Assembly: GCA_021796385.1 (NCBI GenBank)
Contig: JAJYXQ010000081.1
Span: 1,377-65,376, forward strand
Direction of reading: 5' to 3'
From: Thermoplasmata archaeon
Lineage (GTDB): Archaea; Thermoplasmatota; Thermoplasmata; Lutacidiplasmatales; UBA184
Length of the DNA stretch: 64,000 nucleotides
A program made the position numbers and the translations under genes. The notes beneath the pieces are model-generated. The model was not told the DNA's origin. It did not search any database and saw only the letters and a list, made by a program, of their open reading frames with translations. Position 1 is the stretch's first letter, and every line of letters begins with the position of its first letter. Positions 21,541 to 32,212 of the stretch are shown here, one piece after another.

Positions 21541-22225
21541 CAGACAAGAGGTAAAGGATTGGCCCCGCTTTAACCTCATCGAGGGATGGGCGAGGTCGCG
21601 GGGACAGAAATCTGCCTTCATCTGGAAGGGATGGGATGAACGACATAGGGAACGCCCTTTTCGAATCCATCTAGGGAGGGTTGTGACAGTAGCCCTCCGG
21701 TACGTCATTGGGCACAATGTGATTTTCGGATTACGTTGAGGTGAGGGAGGACACGAACCGAGATGGAGATCGATCTCTCTTAGCGTACCATTTGCATGAG
21801 ACTCTCGGCAGGAGTTCCCATGCAAGCCCCTCACCACAATCACTTTGGGATCAAGGTCTCCAACCCGACTCCCGAAACCGGTGGATTCTCAAGGACAGGG
21901 ATGAATGGGATGTGAGGTCCCCTCTCGGTCCTATCTTCGCGCGTATCCCCTTCGCAGGTATCGGGGTGTCGTTTTAATGCAAGGGGAGGAACCGCTTTCC
22001 TTCATCGACCGACAGGGCACGTCGTGGACACTCAAGTTCCGTGTCCTGCGTCTCCTGTCCCATTAAAGTCTGCCGAAAGACTGTAATAACTTCATGTTGG
22101 AGTTGGAGAAGAAATTCCTCCGCCAAGCGATAGCACTCTGCGTGGCGAATAGGTCTGGGGAAATTCCGCTACGGAACCTTGGACTAATGTACGGCAAGGA
22201 CATCTCCATCCATCCCCACAATTGA

Positions 22226-22933
22226 ATGTCTGAGAGTTCTTGGAATTGCGATGTCGGCTTGGCCCTGGAGTCTCGAGCAGAAGCATTGGCCGTAAGGCTT
22301 AGTCGAACTATCCTCTCATTGACAGCCCACCCAAGATTCTCACTGGATGTCGGTGGAGGGGATGGCTCTCTCACGAGGTCCTTGGAGAAGCGAACGCTGT
22401 CACGCTACATCCTGATCGATCCTGGATTGACACAGGAGCATTCGGCAACTTTCATTACGTCAGTTCGGGGATCGGCCTTTGCACTTCCCTTCCAAGAGAA
22501 CACATTTGATATTGTAACGCTGGTGAGTGTCTATGAGCATCTGACCCCACCGGCCAAGCGATTGCAGGCCCTCAAAGAGATACGGCGCGTTCTCAAACCA
22601 GGGGGATTTTTGGTCGGTCAGATTCCCAACATGAACTTCCCCATAGAGATCCACAGTAAGCTCCCTTTGATCCAGTTCCTACCCGATCCGATTGCGCGTT
22701 GGTACTACCGTGTGATGGCACCAATCCCTCCAGAACGTAAACAGAAGTATGGCATTCGATGGTATCGCGTCACCCCTGCCGACCTTCGACGTGAGACCGA
22801 AGTCAGTGGTTTCCTGAAAGGGAGGGTGTGGGCTGCAAATCTCCCTAAGAGTGCGATCCCTCGCCTATTCCGACCGTTCATGTTTGTTACTAAGGTCATT
22901 CCACTCAATTGGGATTTCTACTTCCAGAAGTAG
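22226..22933 (+). CDS. Class I SAM-dependent methyltransferase
   Basis: LDVGGGDG motif I, GSAFALPFQENTFDIV, EIRRVLKPGG. Confidence 0.88.
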   Translation: MSESSWNCDVGLALESRAEALAVRLSRTILSLTAHPRFSLDVGGGDGSLTRSLEKRTLSRYILIDPGLTQEHSATFITSVRGSAFALPFQENTFDIVTLVSVYEHLTPPAKRLQALKEIRRVLKPGGFLVGQIPNMNFPIEIHSKLPLIQFLPDPIARWYYRVMAPIPPERKQKYGIRWYRVTPADLRRETEVSGFLKGRVWAANLPKSAIPRLFRPFMFVTKVIPLNWDFYFQK

Positions 22934-23040
22934 ATTGAACTCGGCATCGAATGAGATGGGCACGACCCACCCTCGTCCGTGGCACGCTCCCGACTCTGTC
23001 TAAGCGTACCCGGTCAGGCACCGAGATAAGTAGAGAGAAT

Positions 23041-26000
23041 CTATGGGGGGGATGGGGGATGGCGAGGTTCCTGAACGCGCGAAGTGGGCGTACCATTCCG
23101 GGCAGGCACACTATAGTATTGCGGGCAGAACACTAAGACCATCGCACCTACGAAGAATGCTCCTGAGGCAGCCACCACTTCCCATACGAAAGCGGCTTGC
23201 AAGGAGCGGATCCCAGACAAGGAGGGGCCGGTCGTCAGGTACCAATCTAAAGATACCGTCCCAGGAAGTATCGTAAAATATCTCAGGCCAGGGAGGAAGC
23301 CCGCACGGTAGGTCCCCACTTCGAGGCTTTGGGGCCACACTGCCAAGGTCACGGGAAGTGAGTACGTTGCAGCCACTTCACCAAATACTGTTGCCCTAGC
23401 GCCCTCCGGCCCACTCAAGTTCACCAGAGTAGGCGGGGGGAGGTGCCACAGAAGAGCAAGGTTTCCGCATGTCCCCGTGGCCGACAGCAACTGTTGCTGG
23501 GGTAGCCAAAACACGGCGCCGGGACAGTCTGATACTACGAATGACCCCATGGTCTCGAGGGTGGAAGCCGAGAGTGCCATTACAACGTTCTGTTGAGCCG
23601 ATGGCACCAGTACCTCGTTCATGGAAGGAACGGCATCAAGGCTGTTGATGCCTCGTCCTACAAAGGTAGCGTTTTCTAATTCAAGCGACCCGTTCGAAAA
23701 GAATCCCACCTTGTAGACCCACCCTATCCACCAAGATACCAAAATAGAGCCATTGACCGAAACAATAGAATAGGGGGGAAAGGTTAGAGAATCTGACTGG
23801 ATGGGGCGTCCGGTTCGGTCATTAAGCAGTGTCACAGTGTTAGGAGCAATGGTCGAGACGTAAAGGGTCTGCGAGGTCGAGTTCACGGTAACTCCGGTAG
23901 ATGAGCCGGGGAGGGAAGTCTCCCAAGCTACCCTCCAGTTCGTGCTGTTTGGGAGGGAATCATACGCGGTGACTTCCCCCGATGTCAACGAAGTCACGAA
24001 CACCATGTGCGCACCACTGTCGGAGGCAAACCCTGTGGGACCACTTCCACAGGGAAGGACCTCTGGAGAACCACCTCCCATCGGGATTATCTCGACTTGA
24101 GCCGTCAACGTGCTGCCGACCCACACACTTCCGAAGAAGATTCCGAGAGTTCGTGCCCCCGGGAATGCAAGCGGAATAACACTCCAGTTTCCGGTCACCT
24201 CATCGTAACGGGTCAGCATTGAGGAATTTAGCGATGAATAATACAAATCCGGGCCGTACCCGACCACCGCAGTAGGCACCGAAGATAGGGACCGACTCAC
24301 ATTCAGATGAAGGCTGTTCACCGGTGGAGCCCCTCGTTCATAGACCACTACAAGGTCCAACGAAAGAGGATCCCCAAAAGTAGTTACTGGATGGTACTCC
24401 GTCTCAATATACCATTTCAGTAGATTAGAGTACGATAGCGCTTCCTCCGTTAGCGGCCCGGCCACGAACCAAGTGAGATTGGTTTCATTCCAGTAGCTTA
24501 ACAACCCGTCGATCGAAGGAAGGAATCCAGAAGGCGATCCTGGAAATGGCGACCCAGCCGGGGACTCATTGAAATGCATGTAGCTCACATAATCATCCAG
24601 ATACAACGCGATCTGAGGGGAGATTGAACGGCCCGCGTCATCGGCGAAGACCGAGTCGAACGTAAATATCGTGTCGCGAGGCTGCATTACTGCGCGAAGG
24701 TAACTCCCGACCGCTTGGATCTCTGAGGGAGGGTCACGGTAGATCGAGTGATCCGGTAGGAAGGATGTTCCGGGAGCATTGTAAGGGTTCGATGGCCCTA
24801 ATATCAAAGTCGCAGACATGGCTGAGGTCACTACTAGGAGAAACACGAGGGTGATCGCGGGGACACGCTTCCGTAAGGAGCGTCGAACAACCGCTTTGTC
24901 AGACAGGGAATCGTCGACCTGCGCAAATGCGGGAGGGAACAAAGTCGTAAACCATATGCCGAAGAGGATTGAGAGGGGAGCCAACGCATCAGCGAAATAA
25001 ACGGAGAATGCCTCTGGGCGTGCAAAAAAGTCCACAAGCAAGAATGCCGATCCCCAACCTACAAGCAGAAAGAATACGCCCCCATCTATTGGTCTCGACC
25101 CTGGCTTTTCTAGTCCTTCTTTGGCCAGTACCAAAAACCAGAGAACAAGGTTCAAGAACAGGATTTCGGAAAGATAAGGGGTCAGGAACTCGTCAAGTCC
25201 CCATTGGACCTCAAAGGGATAGGCAGCGAACAATCCCGCCACGAACGATAGGGAGATCATTTGGATCACACTTGCCGCTCCCAGATGGCCCTTTGAACGG
25301 AGCGACCGAATTGCGAGCGCGGACGGAGCAACAAATATAGGAGGAACTGCAAACAAAATATACCCAAACACCTCCAACTTGGCCGGTAGAGTTGGAACAT
25401 ACTGATAGGTAGAGGCATGCGTAAGGCTAGCAAGTAAAACCCACGTTAGTGACGTCTTGGAAGCCACATAGAGGAAGAATCCTCCAACACCGATCATTAC
25501 AGGTAGGACGAGGGCCAGGGTTGACAATATTCGGGCCCGCCAACCTCGTTCCGCGAAGATAATCCAAGCCAACCACACTACCGTCACAAGAAAGGCACTG
25601 CGCCGCGACATTATCGCGAGGGCCAAGAACCCACCAGATAGTGGATAATTCCAAAGGCTCACCTTCCATCGACGTCGGAGCAAGAACCACAGGCTAGTTG
25701 CAAGGAAGAACGCAGCCAAGGGCTCTTCAAGGATTGTGGGACCTTGGAAGGCAGCCAAGGGTGCCAGCAAATAGATAGCGGCCGCAGCGAGCGAGGCCAT
25801 TTCTGGCTTGGAATGGGCGAGGCGCCTCGCCAGCAACGCGAGCAAGAGCGCCGTGGCGAGATTGAACGCCACAATGATTTCTCGCCCGACCAATAGATTG
25901 TATCCGAACATGTTTAGCACAGGAGCCATCAACAGTGGAAGCAGTACCTCTGGCCTGGCGGGAAAAGTAACCAAAGGGAAGCTACCCGTCGCTATCATCA

Positions 26001-26328
26001 GGGAGGCTTGGATGTACGCCCCTTCGTCGGCTTGTCCCCAAAGATAGGTGGCCACGAGGCTCTGGACGATTCCACCTATCAGAAGTGTAAATCCAAGGGC
26101 AGCCGGATAGCGGAACTTCCCTAGGCGCCAGTCCGAGCTGAGGGAGCGCACCCTGTGGCCGGTTCCTGCATGGTCGAACACGGGGCGATTTCTGTGACGG
26201 TCGGTCGAAACAGCCCGCGGATTCTCACGCTGAGGGGTATCAATCCGCTGCCGACTTGCATCCGAACGAACACTTGGGGCATGAACGCCTGCCTCGGTGG
26301 TCGAGGTTCTTTCCGGTCTACTCGACAT
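23041..26328 (-). CDS. GT-C (ArnT/PMT-like) glycosyltransferase fused to a beta-propeller and C-terminal TM anchor (copy 2)
   Basis: ADEGAY, LEEPLAAFF, LGPSNPYN shared with copy 1; propeller blades CGSGPTGFASD, PGSSTGVTVN, VGRGINSLDA. Confidence 0.8.
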   Translation of the reverse strand: MSSRPERTSTTEAGVHAPSVRSDASRQRIDTPQRENPRAVSTDRHRNRPVFDHAGTGHRVRSLSSDWRLGKFRYPAALGFTLLIGGIVQSLVATYLWGQADEGAYIQASLMIATGSFPLVTFPARPEVLLPLLMAPVLNMFGYNLLVGREIIVAFNLATALLLALLARRLAHSKPEMASLAAAAIYLLAPLAAFQGPTILEEPLAAFFLATSLWFLLRRRWKVSLWNYPLSGGFLALAIMSRRSAFLVTVVWLAWIIFAERGWRARILSTLALVLPVMIGVGGFFLYVASKTSLTWVLLASLTHASTYQYVPTLPAKLEVFGYILFAVPPIFVAPSALAIRSLRSKGHLGAASVIQMISLSFVAGLFAAYPFEVQWGLDEFLTPYLSEILFLNLVLWFLVLAKEGLEKPGSRPIDGGVFFLLVGWGSAFLLVDFFARPEAFSVYFADALAPLSILFGIWFTTLFPPAFAQVDDSLSDKAVVRRSLRKRVPAITLVFLLVVTSAMSATLILGPSNPYNAPGTSFLPDHSIYRDPPSEIQAVGSYLRAVMQPRDTIFTFDSVFADDAGRSISPQIALYLDDYVSYMHFNESPAGSPFPGSPSGFLPSIDGLLSYWNETNLTWFVAGPLTEEALSYSNLLKWYIETEYHPVTTFGDPLSLDLVVVYERGAPPVNSLHLNVSRSLSSVPTAVVGYGPDLYYSSLNSSMLTRYDEVTGNWSVIPLAFPGARTLGIFFGSVWVGSTLTAQVEIIPMGGGSPEVLPCGSGPTGFASDSGAHMVFVTSLTSGEVTAYDSLPNSTNWRVAWETSLPGSSTGVTVNSTSQTLYVSTIAPNTVTLLNDRTGRPIQSDSLTFPPYSIVSVNGSILVSWWIGWVYKVGFFSNGSLELENATFVGRGINSLDAVPSMNEVLVPSAQQNVVMALSASTLETMGSFVVSDCPGAVFWLPQQQLLSATGTCGNLALLWHLPPPTLVNLSGPEGARATVFGEVAATYSLPVTLAVWPQSLEVGTYRAGFLPGLRYFTILPGTVSLDWYLTTGPSLSGIRSLQAAFVWEVVAASGAFFVGAMVLVFCPQYYSVPARNGTPTSRVQEPRHPPSPP

Positions 26329-27844
26329 ATCCCCAAACTCTCAGCCGAGCGAGCAACTCAGGGTTGATGGTCGCCTCGGGCGCCTTGGCGCCCAACATCT
26401 TCCGAACCACCTGAGCTGCAGAAAGGGAGAGATCCTTCAGGTTCGGGTCGCTCTCGCTCCATATATTGTGCTCTTCTCGAGTATCGGTAAGGATCCGGTA
26501 GGCCCGGAAGGACTCCTGAGCTGAGCAATCCATAACGAGTTTGTAGTCGCCTGCGTACGTCGCCACCTGAATAGGAGTTCCTTGAGAACTACCCTCCCGG
26601 GACAAAGAGTACTGCGTGATGTACCCGTAGCTGTCTGAGATTGTGAAGACAGGTCCTTCTCGCGGACGTGTACCGAGGTCTTGGAGTGGAAGAGCATAGG
26701 AGGGGGGTGTCCCACATTCCATCCTCAGCTCTCTTTTTACGGTAGGAACTACATCCACCAGGCTGGCCCAATCATCGATAGTTGACCCGCCATTGCGGCC
26801 CTCTGGGAAGCGCACCCACAGCGGCACTCTCACCCCTTCTTCTCCTACACCAAAGATGTGGAAAAGTTGGCCGTGCTCTCCGAACGTTTGGCCGTGATCA
26901 CTAGTGAGAATAAGCATCGTGTTGTCCCAACGTCCCGAGTCTTGGAATACCTTGACTATCCGCCCTATCCGATTGTCTATGTCCCGAATATGAGTGCGAT
27001 AGAGTTCATGAAGCACGTGCAGCATCTCAGGGGTATTCCGGCTCGAACCCGAGATCCATCCTTGCCTCTCCTGGCTGGTCTGAGCGTATCTCACCCATTC
27101 GCGGAACCCATGAACAACTTCCTCCGAGGAGAAGTACGGTTCATGGGCATCGAGCAAGTTTATCATGCAGAACACGGGTTGCTGAGAGGGTTGCTTCGAA
27201 ACCCAACGGACCAACTCAGGTTCTATCCACGGTGAGGTTACCCCCACTCTCGTTGAACCCTTAAGTTTCAAGAGGACCCGATGGGCAGCGTCCAAGATGT
27301 AAGTGCGCTCCAAAATCTGAGGGGACAGACGTTGAAGCAAAGGGGATGGGCCGGTCCAATCGCGGTTGGTGGCCCACTTGCGGAGAAGGCGTGTCACGGA
27401 CTTTCGGGCCCATCCGGGAGGGAGGGGCTGGGAAAGTCCGATGGGATATCGGAGGTAAGGTTCCCACCACCCCCCCCAGTCGGCCATGTCCATCCCCTGC
27501 GTCAGCCCAAAGTGCCGGCTGATCAGAAAATTTGCTGACAACGAAGCGCAACTGTAGCCCACGTTATGGAGTTGGGTAGCTAACGTTGGGATGTTCTCGG
27601 AGAGATGGATGTCGCCGACACTATGCACACCATGATCCCATGGGTAGAGGCCGGTGAATAAGCTAGCGTGGGATGGAAGGGTCCATGTTGATGGGCTTAC
27701 CGCCCCAGTGTATCGAATACACTCACCCGCGAGCTCTCTCGCAAAAGGAAGATTGGGAGGAGATTCACTCGGGTTGAAGTCTGCGGCACGCACACAGTCC
27801 ATGACGACAAGAAGAATGTTGGGCCGAACCGAAGTAGACGGCAT
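26318..27844 (-). CDS. Sulfatase-like / alkaline-phosphatase-superfamily protein with Thr nucleophile (copy 1)
   Basis: PNILLVVMDCVRA, WTLPSHASLFTGLYP, NLLDAHEPY, LTSDHGQTFGEHG, VSLVDVVPT-like segment, C-terminal RLRVWGY. Confidence 0.85.
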   Translation of the reverse strand: MPSTSVRPNILLVVMDCVRAADFNPSESPPNLPFARELAGECIRYTGAVSPSTWTLPSHASLFTGLYPWDHGVHSVGDIHLSENIPTLATQLHNVGYSCASLSANFLISRHFGLTQGMDMADWGGWWEPYLRYPIGLSQPLPPGWARKSVTRLLRKWATNRDWTGPSPLLQRLSPQILERTYILDAAHRVLLKLKGSTRVGVTSPWIEPELVRWVSKQPSQQPVFCMINLLDAHEPYFSSEEVVHGFREWVRYAQTSQERQGWISGSSRNTPEMLHVLHELYRTHIRDIDNRIGRIVKVFQDSGRWDNTMLILTSDHGQTFGEHGQLFHIFGVGEEGVRVPLWVRFPEGRNGGSTIDDWASLVDVVPTVKRELRMECGTPPSYALPLQDLGTRPREGPVFTISDSYGYITQYSLSREGSSQGTPIQVATYAGDYKLVMDCSAQESFRAYRILTDTREEHNIWSESDPNLKDLSLSAAQVVRKMLGAKAPEATINPELLARLRVWGYVE

Positions 27845-28568
27845 TGGAACTAAACTTCCGGCAGAAATGAATCCAGATTATGGTGTCGACATCCACTTCC
27901 GAGCCAAACCCAGCTTGCCTCCGCATACCTCGGATCGTACATTGATTTCTGACAGCTTTCGACCCACTTGAAAGTCTTCGTGAGACCGCCGCTCCCCATT
28001 ACGTTCCTGGCAAAGACGGCCCGCATGATGGTTTGCAACCGAGCAAAGATTCGGTGTGCGGGGGAGAAAGTTGGCCCTTCTGCTTTCTCCTCCCTTCATC
28101 TACCCATCGTCGCAACCCCTACGCGTAGAAAGCCTTTGGGGTTGCGACGGTCATACGTCGTGTCAGGACGCACCCTGCCTTGTCGCCGAGAATATCGGCT
28201 CAAGCTGGTTTTCCCTCAAGAGAAAAGAACCTGCGCTTTATTACAGGGCATGATGTGCCCCATCGATCTGCAGAACACAAATGCCTGCGAATCACCGGAA
28301 TCGGGGGCTCCCTTCCCAATCACCTCCCAGTAGAACCTATCGTTCAACGGATGATGGTACATGGGGAGTTTGTGACACACCTCGGGGAATCGGGTGACTA
28401 GGGAAAGCAGGGATGGTATGTCCATAAGCGTCCCGAAGTTCCGCTCCTGCAGATGAATTGGGCGTCTTGGCGGCTTTAAACACCGAGCACGAGGAATCCT
28501 TGCTTGAAGTTCGTGGAAGAGAAGCTTAATTAGCCAGGGCTTGCTGAACCCCATAGGGGCGGGCCACA

Positions 28569-29594
28569 TTGGCACGCGTGTTGCTAATCTCTTTCTTGGG
28601 AGTGATTGTCGTTTGGGGAATCACCGCCGTGGTGGTGTTCTTCAGTGTGGTCCTGGGAGTGTTACCGAGCCTCATCCATTTGTTCGAGACCGGTCACTGG
28701 GTAGATCCCAAGATCCTCCTATATCCCTCTCCAGAGCATGCTTGGATCCTTTTCGCCTCGGTGCTATTCTTCGTCCTATTGCCCGCGCTGATACTCTTGC
28801 TCCTGTTCCTCGGAGTTGTTCGTGGGGGAAGGCGCAAGACCGGGATTGGAACTCAGTGGTATGAAATCACGAACCGGCGAGTTGCCGTGGTGCTTACGGC
28901 GTTCGATGATGAAGAGTCTGTCGGACAGGCAGTCGATCAATTTCGTCGGGCGGTCCCTCAGGGAATCGTCTACGTCGTGGACAACAACTCCCGCGACCGG
29001 ACCGCGGAGGTGGCCCGCGAGCATGGGGCCATCGTGGTGCGAGAAAGCAGGCAGGGATACGGTTACGCCTGTATGAAGGGCTTAAGGACGGCGCTCAGTG
29101 ATGCGACAAACGAAATCATCATCTTGGCCGAGGGGGATATGACCTTCAACGCCAGGGACACTCTAAAGATGTTACCCTACCTCGAGGATTGCGACATGGT
29201 CATCGGCACTCGGACCAATTACGTACTCACCAACCCTGAATCTCAGATGGATTGGTTCCTAAGTTGGGGAAACCTGTTCTTAGCGCTATTGGTCCGCCTT
29301 CGCTTCTGGAATAGTTGGTTCTTAGGCAGGGTCCAGCTCACCGATGTTGGATGCACATTCCGTACCATTCGGCGGAGTGCGCTCGAACGGATGATCGATG
29401 ACCTCACAATAGGAAGCATGGAGTTTTCTCCCCACATGATTCTCGTAGCTCTGAAGAACGGGCTCTCGATCATCGAGGTGCCCATTCGGTTCCAAGCACG
29501 GGTCGGACGTTCAAAGGGAGCGGGAGCAAGTCGGCTACGTGCCATTCGTATCGGATTGCAGATGTTGAAAGAGATCACGTTCCAACGGTACTAA
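28569..29594 (+). CDS. GT2 glycosyltransferase, polyprenol-phosphate glycosyltransferase (DPM-like), with N-terminal TMs
   Basis: VVDNNSRDRT, QGYGYA, EGD at the DxD position, LTDVGCTFR, IEVPIRFQARVGRSK; TTG start. Confidence 0.85.
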   Translation: MARVLLISFLGVIVVWGITAVVVFFSVVLGVLPSLIHLFETGHWVDPKILLYPSPEHAWILFASVLFFVLLPALILLLLFLGVVRGGRRKTGIGTQWYEITNRRVAVVLTAFDDEESVGQAVDQFRRAVPQGIVYVVDNNSRDRTAEVAREHGAIVVRESRQGYGYACMKGLRTALSDATNEIIILAEGDMTFNARDTLKMLPYLEDCDMVIGTRTNYVLTNPESQMDWFLSWGNLFLALLVRLRFWNSWFLGRVQLTDVGCTFRTIRRSALERMIDDLTIGSMEFSPHMILVALKNGLSIIEVPIRFQARVGRSKGAGASRLRAIRIGLQMLKEITFQRY

Positions 29595-29688
29595 TCTTCC
29601 CGAGAGGACACGGCGCATCACCTTGTGGTCGAATGGGAACTGTACGATCTCGGTCCCATCCTCCCTGAGGGGATGAACCCAGGGGAGC

Positions 29689-31203
29689 TCAAACGTATCC
29701 CCAAGCTTGCAGGCGATCCTCGACAGACTTGTTTACCCTCTTCGGTTTGGTCGCGAGCTGTTCAAGGGCAGACACCGCCGCTCGCTCCAACTCGCGAACG
29801 TCCTGTCGATAGGGTGCGTTGCCATCCACTACTTCTCCTTCGGGTCCACCCGTGCCTAAGTCACGGCAATCACACGTTCCACCCCCATCCTCGCAGATCA
29901 CCTTCCATCGGTCACGATATGCTATCACCCGCGCCTTGGACAGGGCACGGAGTTGGTTGGGATTGATCCACCGGCGCGAATGTTCCCATACCACTCCGTC
30001 GCTGAGAGCCAAAGTAGGTGCTCCGCGATCTTCAGTCACCAACCTGGAAAGGTCCACTCCAAAGTGCCCGATCTGGTGCGCAGAACCTGAGGCTCTGAGG
30101 ATGGTTGGGGCGATGTCTATCAAGCTAGCGATGCCGATTCCGACCCGACCCCGTCCCTCCCCTCCCCCAGGTCGGACCCATAACGGGATGCGAAGCAATC
30201 CCTCCGATTGTCCGTAGAGGTGGTAGAGCCGTCCCGCTTCCCCGAACTGCTGTCCGTGATCGCTTGTGATGAAAAGCCATGTGTCTTCCCATCTGTCGAA
30301 GCGACGTAGGATCTCGACGAATCGGCCAATCCTTTCGTCGAGCGTCTTGACCATCGAGCGATACAGCTCTCGCAGAATCCGCAGTTCCGACTTCGATGGT
30401 TTCCACTTCCCGTCGAGCGTCCGGACGTCGTCTTGGCGGACACGCGCCTTCCGCCACCAGTCGAACAGGGATTCACCCTCAAATGAAAGAGGAAAGTACG
30501 GTTCGTGGGCGCTCAGCAGATTGATAAGTCCGAAGAACGGTACTTCCGAGGGAAGTTGCGAAATTTGCCGCTCGAATGTATCCTCCACCCAAGGGCAACT
30601 GGACATCGTTCTCGCGACTTGAGGTGAAAAGACCTTCGTAATGGCTAACCCGGTCAGATCCATGACGGGAGGAAAGCGATCAAGCAAGTGGGTCACGCTC
30701 TGAAGTGGACTGCCTGTTGCCAATCGCAGGGCGTCCATCCGCGAGGCGGTCTTGCCCGCGGATTGCAATTGACCCTTTGCGAATTCATACGACGGACGGG
30801 TCGAAGGTATCCTGAATCTATGCTCCCACCATCCCCCCCAAGCAGCATAGTCGAACCCCGGAGTGAATCCAAACTCATCGTTGAGAAAGCCATTACTAGA
30901 GAGCAGTAACGTATGGTATCCCAAGGCCTGTAGATATTGACCGACACGTGGGATTGAGGGGTCGACCCTGAGAGAGCCGAACCCATGAGTTCCATGCTCC
31001 CAAGGATACATCCCAGTTATGAGGGAGGCATGCGAAGGAATCGTCCAGGTATCAGGAGAGACCGCCGAAGGAAAGAGCCAACACTCCTGCATCAACCTTT
31101 CAAGGCACTCCATGCCCGGGACGGGACTCGTACCTCCGGGGAAGTCACTTGCGCGAACGGCATCCAGGACGATTACCAAGAAGTTAGGACTCGTCCGAGT
31201 CAT
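29689..31203 (-). CDS. Sulfatase-like / alkaline-phosphatase-superfamily protein with Thr nucleophile (copy 2)
   Basis: PNFLVIVLDAVRA, WTIPSHASLITGMYP, HEPY, TSDHGQQFGE, SLIDIAPT, RLQAWGY; ATG 31203 preferred. Confidence 0.85.
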   Translation of the reverse strand: MTRTSPNFLVIVLDAVRASDFPGGTSPVPGMECLERLMQECWLFPSAVSPDTWTIPSHASLITGMYPWEHGTHGFGSLRVDPSIPRVGQYLQALGYHTLLLSSNGFLNDEFGFTPGFDYAAWGGWWEHRFRIPSTRPSYEFAKGQLQSAGKTASRMDALRLATGSPLQSVTHLLDRFPPVMDLTGLAITKVFSPQVARTMSSCPWVEDTFERQISQLPSEVPFFGLINLLSAHEPYFPLSFEGESLFDWWRKARVRQDDVRTLDGKWKPSKSELRILRELYRSMVKTLDERIGRFVEILRRFDRWEDTWLFITSDHGQQFGEAGRLYHLYGQSEGLLRIPLWVRPGGGEGRGRVGIGIASLIDIAPTILRASGSAHQIGHFGVDLSRLVTEDRGAPTLALSDGVVWEHSRRWINPNQLRALSKARVIAYRDRWKVICEDGGGTCDCRDLGTGGPEGEVVDGNAPYRQDVRELERAAVSALEQLATKPKRVNKSVEDRLQAWGYV

Positions 31204-31321
31204 GGACCCCAGTGCAGAAGGCGGAGGCCCTTTCTGGGACACTCGAAGTGTGGACCCATTGGCTTGCCACAGCCGCTATTCAGACAAACCTTATTACGTG
31301 GCTACTGGCTATTAAAGAGAA

Positions 31322-32212
31322 ATGATCCCGGACCTTGTTTCCGTACCGTCCCGGGACGACCCCGTCGTTTCGGTCATCATCCTTGCGCACAAGCCACGGG
31401 AGTATCTCTTCGAGGCGGTCATGTCCGCCCTTCAGGGCCGTGACCGACAACCTGCATTCGAGATTATCCTAGTGAAGCCTTTTGAAAACCCCGATTGGGA
31501 TCTGCGCTTCAAATCCCTCGGAGTTCGCTTGGTCACATGCAAGAAGGCAGGGGCGGGGGCAAAACTCGCAGAAGGCTGCAGATCCGCCCGTGGAAACATC
31601 ATAGCATTCTTGGAAGACGATGATGCTTTTGAGTTTGGGAAACTGGAGACCATCATAAGGGTCTTTCAAGGGGACCCGGAACTCGTGTACTTCCATCACG
31701 ACCAACGGGCAATTGATGCCCAAGGCCATACGTTAGGGTGGATCCATGGAACACCAGGGTTCAATCTGAGCTCCGTGGCGGTCCGTAAAGAATTCCTCTT
31801 ACGTCATCTAACTTTGTTCGAAGCGCTCCCGGCCGCAAGCGACAAGATGCTCTATTATCTGATTCGCATCTCAGGCGCCCCTTCACTCCACTCGGGCTTG
31901 CTCCTCACCCGTTACAGGATCCACGAGGAGAACCGGCATCTCCGGTATGACCCGACGGAGGACTGGCTCCTGTTAGCCAGTTATCTCAGGCACGTCCCGA
32001 CGCACGGCCTCAAAGAGAAGCTCATCGTTGCTTACCTCGTCTCCTCTTCCTCGGTCCTCGTAACAACACGGTTGCTCTTAGGGAGACGCTGGGGCTCAAA
32101 GCTAATCCGATGGTACAGTTGGGCCCTCTGGTTCAGGCATCGACATGAGGTCCTTGGTGAAAAGCCACGTCGGTCACACCCTGACGGGGTGCCGATGCTG
32201 ACCCCCTTATGA
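31322..32212 (+). CDS. GT2 family glycosyltransferase
   Basis: VSVIILAH, FEIILV, ARGNIIAFLEDDD (DxD), LTRYRIH. Confidence 0.85.
   Translation: MIPDLVSVPSRDDPVVSVIILAHKPREYLFEAVMSALQGRDRQPAFEIILVKPFENPDWDLRFKSLGVRLVTCKKAGAGAKLAEGCRSARGNIIAFLEDDDAFEFGKLETIIRVFQGDPELVYFHHDQRAIDAQGHTLGWIHGTPGFNLSSVAVRKEFLLRHLTLFEALPAASDKMLYYLIRISGAPSLHSGLLLTRYRIHEENRHLRYDPTEDWLLLASYLRHVPTHGLKEKLIVAYLVSSSSVLVTTRLLLGRRWGSKLIRWYSWALWFRHRHEVLGEKPRRSHPDGVPMLTPL

Noticed and set aside
21541-22225. N-terminal extension of GT-C copy 1 and possible small ORFs in this gap
   Set aside because: The translation has no membrane or family features; it is more likely a divergent promoter region.
27845-28568. ~720-bp gap with 60-120-aa ORFs (e.g. 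28216-28575)
   Set aside because: No motif, RBS or codon support; no repeat or RNA structure recognised. Left unannotated.
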